Shown: positions 1 to 7,896, numbered from the stretch's first letter. The stretch is 44,943 bases of DNA from an uncultured bacterium (GCA_947085505.1 CAMTWI010000001.1:1-44943), one strand, 5' to 3'. Notes: generated from the letters alone by a model not told the origin. Program-made: numbers and translations.

Positions 1-72
1 AATGATACGGCGACCACCGAGATCTACACGTAGGTGGTGACACTCTTTCCCTACACGACGCTCTTCCGATCT
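1..72 (+). other. Illumina TruSeq adapter contamination (P5 + 10-nt i5 index GTAGGTGGTG + Read1 primer site); not genomic
   Basis: AATGATACGGCGACCACCGAGATCTACAC (1-29), index 30-39, ACACTCTTTCCCTACACGACGCTCTTCCGATCT (40-72). Confidence 0.99.
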
Positions 73-144
73 AACTTCCGCTTCTCGGTTCGCGAGGGTG
101 GCAAGACGGTGGGCGCAGGTGTGGTTACGAAGATCGTTGCCTAA
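73..144 (+). CDS. tuf: Elongation factor Tu, C-terminal fragment (5' truncated at contig edge)
   Basis: NFRFSVREGGKTVGAGVVTKIVA* is the EF-Tu C-terminus; lies directly upstream of rpsJ. Confidence 0.95.
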   Translation, partial: NFRFSVREGGKTVGAGVVTKIVA

Positions 145-167
145 CTCGATCTAACTTCTTACTCGTT

Positions 168-524
168 ATGGCTACAACCGCGAAGAAGACCGTAAAGAAG
201 GAGGCAGCTCCTGCTAGTGAGCCGAAGCTCCGGATCCGCGTTCGTGCCTACGAGCACAAGATCCTGGATCTCTCGGTGAAGCAGATCATGGACACAGCAA
301 ACCGTTTCGACGCGCAAATCGTCGGCCCGGTGCCGCTTCCAACCGAGATCAAGCGCTGGACCGTGAACCGCTCAACGTTCGTTCATAAGGACGCACGCGA
401 GCAGTTCGAGATGCGCATCCACAAGCGTTTGATCGACATCCTCAGTCCGAACCCGAAGGTTATCGAGGCTCTCACGAACCTCACCCTGCCTTCTGGCGTT
501 ACGATTGATGTGAAGATGGTCTAA
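168..524 (+). CDS. rpsJ: 30S ribosomal protein uS10 with Lys/Ala-rich N-terminal extension
   Basis: [10 protein letters not shown]...GPVPLPT...[19 protein letters not shown]. Confidence 0.98.
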   Translation: MATTAKKTVKKEAAPASEPKLRIRVRAYEHKILDLSVKQIMDTANRFDAQIVGPVPLPTEIKRWTVNRSTFVHKDAREQFEMRIHKRLIDILSPNPKVIEALTNLTLPSGVTIDVKMV

Positions 525-540
525 CCCCGAAAGGGAACAA

Positions 541-574
541 AGCAAAACCGTCCGAGAGGGCGGTTTTGCTTTTA
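541..574 (+). terminator. Intrinsic terminator after rpsJ
   Basis: AGCAAAACCGTCC-GAGA-GGGCGGTTTTGCT followed by TTT. Confidence 0.85.
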
Positions 575-619
575 TATGTAGCCTATGAGATGTTCATTCC
601 AGAAAGGGAGGCACAGCAC

Positions 620-889
620 ATGAATCTGTCTCGATGGTGGCGTATGCGTCAAGCGCGCAAGCGACGCTCGCTTATAACGAAGCTACGGTTGGCAAATCGC
701 TCACTGCAGTACTCGTACGAAGGCATGAGAGCAAACCAGGCGTATCAGCCGGTCTGTTTGGGTGGCGTGGAGGACAAGTACGAGGGCGAACTCGAGTGGC
801 AAGGCAGGATCCACTACTGGAGCTGCGAAGTCAGGCATCTCGCACGCAAGCTTCGCCTCACCCGGGAACAGGCGGCCATATACCGGTAA
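620..889 (+). CDS. Small basic hypothetical protein (89 aa)
   Basis: SD AAAGGGAGG 9 nt before ATG 620; hairpin at 906-933 downstream; no recognised family. Confidence 0.65.
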   Translation: MNLSRWWRMRQARKRRSLITKLRLANRSLQYSYEGMRANQAYQPVCLGGVEDKYEGELEWQGRIHYWSCEVRHLARKLRLTREQAAIYR

Positions 890-905
890 GGGTCTGATTC
901 GGACA

Positions 906-933
906 GAGCCCCGTTGCAAGAGCAACGGGGCTC
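906..933 (+). terminator. Hairpin, likely terminator after the 620 ORF
   Basis: GAGCCCCGTTGC-AAGA-GCAACGGGGCTC. Confidence 0.65.
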
Positions 934-1013
934 CCTCTATTTGAAGCGTGTTGCGTTGGTTGTGCGAGAGCAGTATGCTCACCCTCTGTTCTTTGTTTGG
1001 AAAGGAGACCCGC

Positions 1014-1295
1014 ATGGGCTTTGTAAGGAGTAGCAAACCTACTGACGAGGTGATACGCGAACGCAAGCGTCTTGCCGGAGTTGGGGTGGTTCTAAAGGCC
1101 ATGCATGATGCACGGCCGCCAGAAACGGGAGTAACGAGACTGCCCCCGCTTACGAAAAAGCTTTGGAACAAGAAGGCGAGACGGTACCGGTACGAAAGAG
1201 GAATCGTTATCGCTGGAAAGAAGGTGGGTGGAAGGTTTACGACCGCCCCTGACGATGCTCCATCAGAGCGCAAACGCAAGAAGCCCCGTCGCTAA
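1014..1295 (+). CDS. Small, very basic hypothetical protein (93 aa)
   Basis: SD AAAGGAG before ATG 1014; Lys/Arg-rich; ends inside the hairpin at 1282-1307. Confidence 0.6.
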   Translation: MGFVRSSKPTDEVIRERKRLAGVGVVLKAMHDARPPETGVTRLPPLTKKLWNKKARRYRYERGIVIAGKKVGGRFTTAPDDAPSERKRKKPRR

Positions 1296-1307
1296 CACGA
1301 CGGGGCT
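1282..1307. terminator. Hairpin between convergent ORFs (possible bidirectional terminator)
   Basis: AGCCCCGTCG-CTAACA-CGACGGGGCT. Confidence 0.6.
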
Positions 1308-1315
1308 CGCTTTAT

Positions 1316-1501
1316 CTAGTCCAGAATGAAGTTCCTTCGAAGCAAGGCTGCGACGTTCCTTCTGTTCTGGCGCTCCATCTCCTCAATTTCGTCGATACAC
1401 TCCTGAGATGGGCTGAGCGAGAGTGCATCAAAGTCAGGGTCTCCTTCCCGTAGAACTACGCGTCCTTCGGTAGGGAACACAAGTATCTTCGCTGTCGGCA
1501 T
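1316..1501 (-). CDS. Small hypothetical protein (61 aa)
   Basis: Strong SD GAAGGAGGT 5 nt before ATG; protein-like composition. Confidence 0.65.
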   Translation of the reverse strand: MPTAKILVFPTEGRVVLREGDPDFDALSLSPSQECIDEIEEMERQNRRNVAALLRRNFILD

Positions 1502-1534
1502 GATGTACCTCCTTCTGTATGAACAGTATCAAAC

Positions 1535-1727
1535 AGGTGGACCCAGCGCGATAGAGTGCGCTGGGCCCGGGTAGAACATGAGGAGCTTTCACTGCCTCAT
1601 GAGAAAAGGATCACCTCCTCACGCGGTGCGCAGGCTGATTCCCGCGCACGCCCTGCTTGCCGCAGGCGGGCATCGAACAATGTGTCGCATGAGAAACCTC
1701 CATCACTGCCAGGCCGAATGCGTGGCT
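1535..1727 (-). ncRNA. Candidate structured small transcript (~190 nt) with an extended SD AGGAGGTGATCC and two short ORFs (1619-1690, 23 aa; 1589-1600, MRQ*)
   Basis: -10 TACACT at 1738-1733; several hairpins; closing GC hairpin at 1539-1568; function unknown. Confidence 0.4.
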
Positions 1728-1778
1728 CCTTTAGTGTACCGAGAATAGGTCCCGTTCTCTGAACATAGGTGTGTATAG

Positions 1779-1806
1779 AAAAAGGCCCGGCGCATGCGCC
1801 GGGCCT
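1779..1806 (-). terminator. Intrinsic terminator for the minus-strand GDGG peptide gene
   Basis: AGGCCCGGCGCATGCGCCGGGCCT with the U-tract only on the minus strand. Confidence 0.8.
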
Positions 1807-1842
1807 CCATCGAGCCTTGGGCTCAGTTGTTTCGGACAGACT

Positions 1843-1968
1843 TCAGGTCTTGGTCCCGCCGTCGCCGAGACACCCGCCCCCGCCGTCTCCGAGGCAGCCA
1901 GTGCCGCCGTCGCCGACGAGGGTGTCGGTACTGATTCCGAGACCGTTGTCTCCTTCGATGTCTTGCAT
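1843..1968 (-). CDS. 41-aa Gly/Asp-rich repeat peptide MQDIEGDNGLGISTDTLVGDGGTGCLGDGGGGCLGDGGTKT (absent from the ORF track; alternative in-frame ATGs at 1980 and 1992)
   Basis: Own extended -10 (TGC-TAGAGT, 2016-2011), 5' hairpin, AGAAAGGA SD-like site, correctly oriented terminator; the 24-nt repeats differ at synonymous third positions in this frame. Confidence 0.7.
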   Translation of the reverse strand: MQDIEGDNGLGISTDTLVGDGGTGCLGDGGGGCLGDGGTKT

Positions 1969-2025
1969 CGGAAAGATCATCCTTTCTGTCATCCAAACGA
2001 TGACAAAGGCACTCTAGCACGGGAT

Positions 2026-2054
2026 TTGCATCGGGAAACAGAACCGTGTATAGT
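2026..2054 (+). promoter_or_regulatory. Sigma70 promoter for the rplC-rplB unit
   Basis: TTGCAT-17 bp-TATAGT. Confidence 0.7.
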
Positions 2055-2154
2055 CCCTGAGTTGCTATGTACGGCGTCTTCGGACCCCGGACCAATGGCC
2101 GGGAGGCTCAAGAGGAGCTGAACGCGCTATTGAAGGCGCGCTTTATTTTTACCC

Positions 2155-2769
2155 ATGAAATTCATCCTCGCTCGCAAAGGACGCATGACCCAGGTCTTCA
2201 ATGACAAGGGTGAAGTGTTTGCCGGTACCGTGGTTAACGCGGGGCCGGTTGTGGTGACGCAGGTGAAGACCTCAGAGGGAGCTGACAAATACTCGGCCGT
2301 ACAGGTCGCGTACCAGGATCAGAAGGAAGCGCGCGTAAACAAGGCTCAGCTTGGTCACACCAAGGGCAAGGCCTACAAGGTCATGAAGGAGTTCCGCGTT
2401 GATTCAACCGATCTTACGGTTGGTTCCGAGATCACCGCTGACACCTTCTCTGAGGGCGACGTGGTCGTTGTTGCTTCAACCTCTAAGGGTAAGGGCTTTG
2501 CGGGTGTCGTGAAGCGCCATGGCTTCCATGGAGGCCGTCGCAGCCACGGTCAGAAGCACTCGGAGCGCGAGGCTGGATCGATCGGTGGTGGTGGTCGCGC
2601 AGGCGGCAGGGTTGCCAAGGGCATGCGCATGGCTGGCCGCATGGGTTCCGATCGTGTTACGGTAGAGAACCTTAAGGTTTTGAAAGTAAACGCCGCAACA
2701 GGCGAAATGATCATCTCCGGTGCTATTCCAGGAGCTCCTGGCGCACTCGTCGAGATTCGTTCGATGTAA
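2155..2769 (+). CDS. rplC: 50S ribosomal protein uL3
   Basis: KGRMTQVF, SKGKGFAGVVKRHGF, KGMRMAGRMG. Confidence 0.98.
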   Translation: MKFILARKGRMTQVFNDKGEVFAGTVVNAGPVVVTQVKTSEGADKYSAVQVAYQDQKEARVNKAQLGHTKGKAYKVMKEFRVDSTDLTVGSEITADTFSEGDVVVVASTSKGKGFAGVVKRHGFHGGRRSHGQKHSEREAGSIGGGGRAGGRVAKGMRMAGRMGSDRVTVENLKVLKVNAATGEMIISGAIPGAPGALVEIRSM

Positions 2770-2779
2770 TTTTAGTACT

Positions 2780-3541
2780 ATGGCTACCCCCGCAAAGAAA
2801 ACCGTCGCTAAGAAGGCTCCTGCCAAGAAGGAGGCTCCTATGCCGAAGAGCGCTTCAAAGGAAGTGTCTCTTGAGGCAACGGTCTGGTCCGTAAAGGGCG
2901 AGAAGGCAGGTTCTGTTTCTCTTCCTGCTGAGCTCTTTGGGGTTAAGTGGAATTCAGACCTCGTGCACCAGGTTGTCGTTGGTATGCAGGCAAACGCTCG
3001 CCCAACAACCGCACATACGAAGTTCCGTGGTGAGGTTTCCGGTGGCGGCAAGAAGCCATGGAAGCAGAAGGGAACCGGACGCGCGCGTCACGGCTCGACG
3101 CGCTCTCCAATCTGGAGGGGTGGAGGTGTGACCCATGGTCCACGCGCTGAGAAGGACTACACCGTTAAGATCAACAAGAAGATGCGCGTTGCAGCTCTTG
3201 CAACCGTGCTCTCCCGCAAGCATCGCGACGGCCAGGTTATCTTTGTTGATTCGTTCGCATTCGCTACTCCAAAGACCGCTGACGCGGTAGCGATGATCAA
3301 GGCAGTCGCAAAGGGAGCAGGAGTTTCCGAGCTCGCAACTAAGCGCAAGAACGCAGCGGTGTTTGCGTTTGCGAAGAAGGATGAGAATACGGAGAAGTCC
3401 TACCGCAACATCGGTAGCCTTACCCTCGAGGAGGTTCGTAACCTGAACCCAGTCGACCTCGTGAACAAGAAGTTCCTCGTCATCGAGAATCCAAATGAGT
3501 CTCTTCCGATTCTTGCGGCTCGCCTAACAAAGAAGGCATAA
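2780..3541 (+). CDS. rplD: 50S ribosomal protein uL4 with PAKK-type N-terminal extension
   Basis: TKFRGEVSGGGKKPWKQKGTGRARHGS; ATG 2780 follows the rplC stop. Confidence 0.97.
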   Translation: MATPAKKTVAKKAPAKKEAPMPKSASKEVSLEATVWSVKGEKAGSVSLPAELFGVKWNSDLVHQVVVGMQANARPTTAHTKFRGEVSGGGKKPWKQKGTGRARHGSTRSPIWRGGGVTHGPRAEKDYTVKINKKMRVAALATVLSRKHRDGQVIFVDSFAFATPKTADAVAMIKAVAKGAGVSELATKRKNAAVFAFAKKDENTEKSYRNIGSLTLEEVRNLNPVDLVNKKFLVIENPNESLPILAARLTKKA

Positions 3542-3551
3542 CACTACTTGT

Positions 3552-3929
3552 ATGGCACTTTTCTCTAACGATAAGAAGACAACCAAGGCCAAGAAGGCCA
3601 AGTCCGAGACCCGTAACTGGGGTCGCGGTATTCTTGCCTCTGACGATGCTCGCCTCGCGAACATCCTGAAGCGCCCATGGTTCTCTGAGAAGGCACTCAT
3701 CTCTTCCGAGAATGGTGTGTACGTTTTCGAGGTCTCACCTTCAGCAACCAAGATCGACGTGGCTAACGCGATCATCGCAGCCTACAAGGTCACGCCAATG
3801 AAGGTTCGTATGGTTAACCTTCCGGCAAAGAAGGTATCCCTCCGCACTCGTCGCGGTGTAGGAACTCGCGCACGCCGCCACAAGGCTTACGTCTACCTGA
3901 AGTCAGGTGACACCATCACCTTCGCATAA
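3552..3929 (+). CDS. rplW: 50S ribosomal protein uL23 (N-terminally extended)
   Basis: ILKRPWFSEKA...YVFEV...ATKIDV...KAYVYL; synteny. Confidence 0.95.
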   Translation: MALFSNDKKTTKAKKAKSETRNWGRGILASDDARLANILKRPWFSEKALISSENGVYVFEVSPSATKIDVANAIIAAYKVTPMKVRMVNLPAKKVSLRTRRGVGTRARRHKAYVYLKSGDTITFA

Positions 3930-3939
3930 CCTGATTACT

Positions 3940-4785
3940 ATGAAGTCTTTCAAGCCAACATCCGCATCTCGCCGCAGCATGACCGTCGTCACGTACCGTG
4001 GCGTGCTTACGCCTGGCGTGAAGCCGCACAAGGCGCTCCTTTCTTCGAAGAAGAATCAGGCAGGTCGCAACAACGCAGGTCGCATCACCACTCGTCACCA
4101 GGGTGGCGGTCATAAGAAGCGTCTTCGCGATGTCGACTTTAAGTACAACAAGCACGACATCCCCGCACGCGTTGAGACTATTGAGTACGATCCGTACCGT
4201 ACTGCGTTCATTGCACTCGTTGTATTCGCTGATGGCGAGCGTCGTTACGTCACTGTTCCTAAGGACATGAAGGTTGGCGACACGTTCATCGTGTCTGAGA
4301 AGGCACCGATTAAGACCGGTAACCGTCTCCCGCTCGGCAAGATTCCTTCCGGAACCTTCATCTACAACGTTGAGCTTCGTCCCGGCGCTGGCGCGCGCAT
4401 CGCACGCTCAGCAGGAAACTACGCAGAGATCGTTGCGCATGACGCTGGGTACGCGCAGATCAAGATGCCGTCGTCTGAGATCCGCAAAGTTATCGAATCC
4501 GCATGGGCATCGGTGGGTAGCGTAGGTAACGAAGAGCAGCGCCTCCAGAACTACGGAAAGGCAGGTAAGAGCCGTTGGAAGGGTATTCGCCCAACCGTTC
4601 GCGGTACTGCGATGAACCCAGTTGATCACCCACACGGAGGTGGTGAAGGTAAGCAGGGACGTGGTCTCCGTCGCGCAAAGTCCATGTGGGGCAAGCCAAC
4701 CGGCAAGGGACAGAAGACTCGTACGCCGAAGAAGTACTCAAACAAGTTCATCGTCTCTCGCCGAAAGGTTGGGAAGAAGCGATAA
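3940..4785 (+). CDS. rplB: 50S ribosomal protein uL2
   Basis: GRNNAGRITTRHQGGGHK, IEYDPYR, MNPVDHPHGGGEG. Confidence 0.98.
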   Translation: MKSFKPTSASRRSMTVVTYRGVLTPGVKPHKALLSSKKNQAGRNNAGRITTRHQGGGHKKRLRDVDFKYNKHDIPARVETIEYDPYRTAFIALVVFADGERRYVTVPKDMKVGDTFIVSEKAPIKTGNRLPLGKIPSGTFIYNVELRPGAGARIARSAGNYAEIVAHDAGYAQIKMPSSEIRKVIESAWASVGSVGNEEQRLQNYGKAGKSRWKGIRPTVRGTAMNPVDHPHGGGEGKQGRGLRRAKSMWGKPTGKGQKTRTPKKYSNKFIVSRRKVGKKR

Positions 4786-4786
4786 G

Positions 4787-4829
4787 CAAAAGAACAAACC
4801 GCCCGAAAGGGCGGTTTGTTCTTTGTGTT
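4787..4829. terminator. Bidirectional terminator between rplB and the convergent gene
   Basis: AAAGAACAAACCGCCC-GAAA-GGGCGGTTTGTTCTTT. Confidence 0.85.
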
Positions 4830-4830
4830 C

Positions 4831-5655
4831 TTACTTTGTCTTATATTCTGGCTTTAAGATCTCTGCGAGTTGCTCGAGCGGAATCGACACTTTCTGGCTT
4901 CCTGCTGCATAGGGTGCCACCTGATATGGGGGGAACAAGAGAACGAGCGCATTGTCTTTAATAACGAAAGCTTGGTAGTTCAAGGGTTCAGGACCTGTGC
5001 CCTGAGCGATGTATGCAACGTTTGCAAACTCGCCAAGAGACTTCGCGAGCTCGAACTGAGAAATTGCTGAGAGACGACGCAGATAATCGGAACGGGGAAC
5101 AAAGAGACTCGCGATATCAAGTTTTGCACCCGACGTAAGGTCGAACGTGAAGGTGCGATAGAAGGTATTCGGGTGTGCGCCGAGCGTATCTACAAAGAGT
5201 GTATAGGCGTAGGAGACAGTGTTTTTTCCGCGCATCTCCTCGTATGCAATTGTTATGCTCTCCTTTCGGTCCGCAGAGAGACCCATAATCTGGATGTTTT
5301 CAGGTGTAAGGTTGTCGAAGTTGCCTTGTTTCTTGAATTGGCTCACAGAGGCTTCGACAAAGTCTTCCATAGCGGCAACTGCCGCTGCGTCTGCTTCGAC
5401 GCCTAGAGAAGCCTTGAGGGCAGTCTCAGCAGGGTACGTGGCCACGATGTCGAAGTACTGGCCATGCTCCTCGATAACTATAGGGGGAAGTGCTTCTGGG
5501 GTGGTTGTCGCAGTCTCCTCAGGAATACCTGTGAAGGGTTCTGGAGCTTTATGGGTAGCCATGTACCAGACGGTAAAGGCGAGTACGAGTCCTACGAGGA
5601 TAACGACACCAAGGATTTCTTTTTGGCGCGCTTCTGGGGTGTTGAAGTCGATCAT
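4831..5655 (-). CDS. Membrane-anchored DUF3298/DUF4163 (PdaC/RsiV-like) domain protein
   Basis: N-terminal TM helix; GAHPNTFYRTFTFDL and FPPYQVAPYAAG motifs; ATG 5655 is 7 nt after TATACT. Confidence 0.8.
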   Translation of the reverse strand: MIDFNTPEARQKEILGVVILVGLVLAFTVWYMATHKAPEPFTGIPEETATTTPEALPPIVIEEHGQYFDIVATYPAETALKASLGVEADAAAVAAMEDFVEASVSQFKKQGNFDNLTPENIQIMGLSADRKESITIAYEEMRGKNTVSYAYTLFVDTLGAHPNTFYRTFTFDLTSGAKLDIASLFVPRSDYLRRLSAISQFELAKSLGEFANVAYIAQGTGPEPLNYQAFVIKDNALVLLFPPYQVAPYAAGSQKVSIPLEQLAEILKPEYKTK

Positions 5656-5730
5656 GGAGCTAAGTATACGTCCTTGGTACCTCCTTATAGGGTTGTGGTC
5701 GTGGAAATAGCCTAAAAGAGCCCGTAAAGT

Positions 5731-5759
5731 TTGACACTTCCTCACGTTTCCTATAGATT
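5731..5759 (+). promoter_or_regulatory. Sigma70 promoter for the rpsS-rplE unit
   Basis: TTGACA-17 bp-TAGATT. Confidence 0.8.
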
Positions 5760-5797
5760 CTATCTATCCCGCTTGGCGGGCTTTCCATTGTCTATCT

Positions 5798-6145
5798 ATG
5801 TCCCGCTCCCTTAAAAAAGGCCCATACGTCGATATCAAGCTCCTGAAGAAAGTTCAGGACAAGAAGCCGAGTTCAACCCCGGCTATTAAGACGTGGGCAC
5901 GGGCAAGTCAGATCGCTCCTGAGTTCGTTGGGTTCACTTTCGGTGTCCATAACGGCCAGAAGCACATAGATGTCCTCGTTTCCGAGGAGATGGTAGGTCA
6001 CCGCCTAGGCGAGTTCGCTGCTACCAAGAAGTTCACCCGTCACGGAGGAAAGATGCAGAAGCAGCTCGAGCAGAAGAAGCAGCAGGCTGAGATTGCTGCT
6101 GCGAAGGCCGCTAAGGCAGCTCCTGCTGCACCTAAGAAGAAATAA
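5798..6145 (+). CDS. rpsS: 30S ribosomal protein uS19 with Lys/Ala-rich C-terminal tail
   Basis: [12 protein letters not shown]...VHNGQKH...[10 protein letters not shown]. Confidence 0.98.
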   Translation: MSRSLKKGPYVDIKLLKKVQDKKPSSTPAIKTWARASQIAPEFVGFTFGVHNGQKHIDVLVSEEMVGHRLGEFAATKKFTRHGGKMQKQLEQKKQQAEIAAAKAAKAAPAAPKKK

Positions 6146-6147
6146 TC

Positions 6148-6540
6148 ATGGCCTCTACTGGAACTCACAAGCAGCCAGCCGCAATCCGCAAGGAGGAAGC
6201 AAAGAAGGCTATCCGCGCGTCTATCGACACGTACAACCAGTCGCCCCGCAAGGTGCGCCTCGTTACGGAGCTTGTGAAGGGAAAGAAGGTCTCGGAGGCT
6301 GTTGCAGCGCTCACGTTCCTCCCAAAGCGCGCTGCGCTTCCTATAAAGAAGCTCATCGAGTCAGCAGCAGCGACCGCAAAGGCTCGTGGCGAGGACATGG
6401 ACACCCTCAAGGTTGCAGAGATCCGCGTGGACTCCGCAGGCATGATCGTCCGTGCTATGCCGCGCGCTATGGGCCGTTCGGCTCCTATCCGCCGCCGCCG
6501 TTCTCAGGTTTTCGTACGTCTTTCATCTGACACCAAGTAA
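6148..6540 (+). CDS. rplV: 50S ribosomal protein uL22
   Basis: SPRKVRLVTELVKGK...MPRAMGRS; synteny. Confidence 0.96.
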   Translation: MASTGTHKQPAAIRKEEAKKAIRASIDTYNQSPRKVRLVTELVKGKKVSEAVAALTFLPKRAALPIKKLIESAAATAKARGEDMDTLKVAEIRVDSAGMIVRAMPRAMGRSAPIRRRRSQVFVRLSSDTK

Positions 6541-6545
6541 TTACC

Positions 6546-7259
6546 ATGACTCACACTGTCCATCCGTACGCGCATCGCCTTGGCATCATCCGTGACTGGA
6601 AGAGCCGCTGGTTCGCTGCAGACAAGAAGTCCTACCGCGAGAACATTGCGGTTGATGCGGCTATCCGTGGCTACTTTAAGAAGCGCGCGAAGGCTATGCA
6701 CATTGCGGACATGGAGATCGAGCGCTCACAGGGTGAGGTTCGCGTGATCCTTCACACCGCACGTCCTGGTATCGTTATCGGCCGCTCGGGCGAGAACGCA
6801 ACCAAGCTCCGGAACGAAGTAACGGCACTCATTAATTCAAAGGCAACCGGTGCTAAGCGCGCGGTAAAGCTCGACATCATGGAGATCCGCCAGCCTGAGA
6901 CTTCGGCCTCGGTTGTCGGCTACATGGTTGCTGAGGGACTCGAGAAGCGCATGCCATTCCGCCGTGTGCTTAAGCAGACGGTTGAGAAGGTCATGGCCGT
7001 TCGCGAGGTTATCGGTGTTCGAATCGTTCTCTCAGGACGCCTTGGTGGCGCTGACATGAGCCGCACCGAGCAGATAAAGCGCGGTCGTATCCCGCTTCAG
7101 ACCTTCCGTGCAAACATCGACTACGCACACGTTGAAGCACTTCTCCCGTACGGTCTCCTTGGTATCAAGGTGTGGATCTACCTCGGTGAGACGTTCAACG
7201 CTGAGTCTGGAACCCGCCCAGCTTCTGAGCGTCCGACCACTAACGGCCCGCGCCGCTAA
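6546..7259 (+). CDS. rpsC: 30S ribosomal protein uS3
   Basis: VHPYAHRLGI, RPGIVIGRSG, GRIPLQTFRANIDY. Confidence 0.98.
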   Translation: MTHTVHPYAHRLGIIRDWKSRWFAADKKSYRENIAVDAAIRGYFKKRAKAMHIADMEIERSQGEVRVILHTARPGIVIGRSGENATKLRNEVTALINSKATGAKRAVKLDIMEIRQPETSASVVGYMVAEGLEKRMPFRRVLKQTVEKVMAVREVIGVRIVLSGRLGGADMSRTEQIKRGRIPLQTFRANIDYAHVEALLPYGLLGIKVWIYLGETFNAESGTRPASERPTTNGPRR

Positions 7260-7270
7260 ATTTCAGTACT

Positions 7271-7690
7271 ATGCTATTCCCTAAGAAAGTTAAGCACCGC
7301 AAGTGGCAGACCGGACGAAAGTCCCCGGAGCGTCTTGCGCGTCCTGATACTCGTGGGATTACGGTTGCGTTTGGTTCCTATGGTCTACGTGCGACGACCC
7401 CGTCTCGCGTTACTTCAAACCAGATTGAAGCTGCTCGTAAGGTGCTTACCCGCGTTACCGGAAAGGGAGGCAAACTCTGGATTCGCATCTTCCCGGACCG
7501 TCCAATCACAAACAAGCCGGCTGAGGTGGGCATGGGTAAGGGTAAGGGAGATCCGAAGCACTTCGTGTTCGAGGTTCGTCCAGGACGCATCCTCTTCGAG
7601 CTCGACGGCGTCGACGATGCAAAGGCTCGTGACGCACTTCGCCGCGCAGGATCGAAGCTTCCTTTGAAGACAACCGTCATCACCCGCTAA
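7271..7690 (+). CDS. rplP: 50S ribosomal protein uL16
   Basis: QIEAARK, WIRIFPDRPIT, MGKGKGDP. Confidence 0.98.
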   Translation: MLFPKKVKHRKWQTGRKSPERLARPDTRGITVAFGSYGLRATTPSRVTSNQIEAARKVLTRVTGKGGKLWIRIFPDRPITNKPAEVGMGKGKGDPKHFVFEVRPGRILFELDGVDDAKARDALRRAGSKLPLKTTVITR

Positions 7691-7694
7691 TATC

Positions 7695-7892
7695 ATGGCT
7701 AAGAAACTTTCATTCAAGGATAAGAAGCCAGAGGAGATCACTAAGCTCCTCGGCGAGAAGCGTGAAGAGCTCCGTTCTCTTCGCTTCGCAGCCAGCGGTG
7801 GTCGCGCAAAGGACGCCTCGAAGCTCTCAAAGGTCCGTAAGGACATCGCTCGTCTTCTTACTGAGCAGACTGCGCAGAAGAACAACGCATAA
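7695..7892 (+). CDS. rpmC: 50S ribosomal protein uL29
   Basis: ELRSLRF...KVRKDIARLLT; synteny. Confidence 0.95.
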   Translation: MAKKLSFKDKKPEEITKLLGEKREELRSLRFAASGGRAKDASKLSKVRKDIARLLTEQTAQKNNA

Positions 7893-7896
7893 ATTT

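Noticed and set aside
701-1279. 192-aa minus-strand ORF
   Set aside because: Antisense to two SD-led plus-strand ORFs and crosses a terminator hairpin; no motif.
1608-1619. GGATCACCTCCT as a 16S rRNA gene fragment
   Set aside because: No flanking 16S sequence (helix 45 etc.); treated as an extended SD on the minus strand instead.
1771-2121. Plus-strand 116-aa ORF with PAVAET/PAVSEA repeats (and overlapping 1769 and 1823 ORFs)
   Set aside because: It is the codon-aligned antisense of the GDGG peptide. Repeat differences are non-synonymous here, it spans the rplC promoter, and the terminator U-tract is on the other strand.
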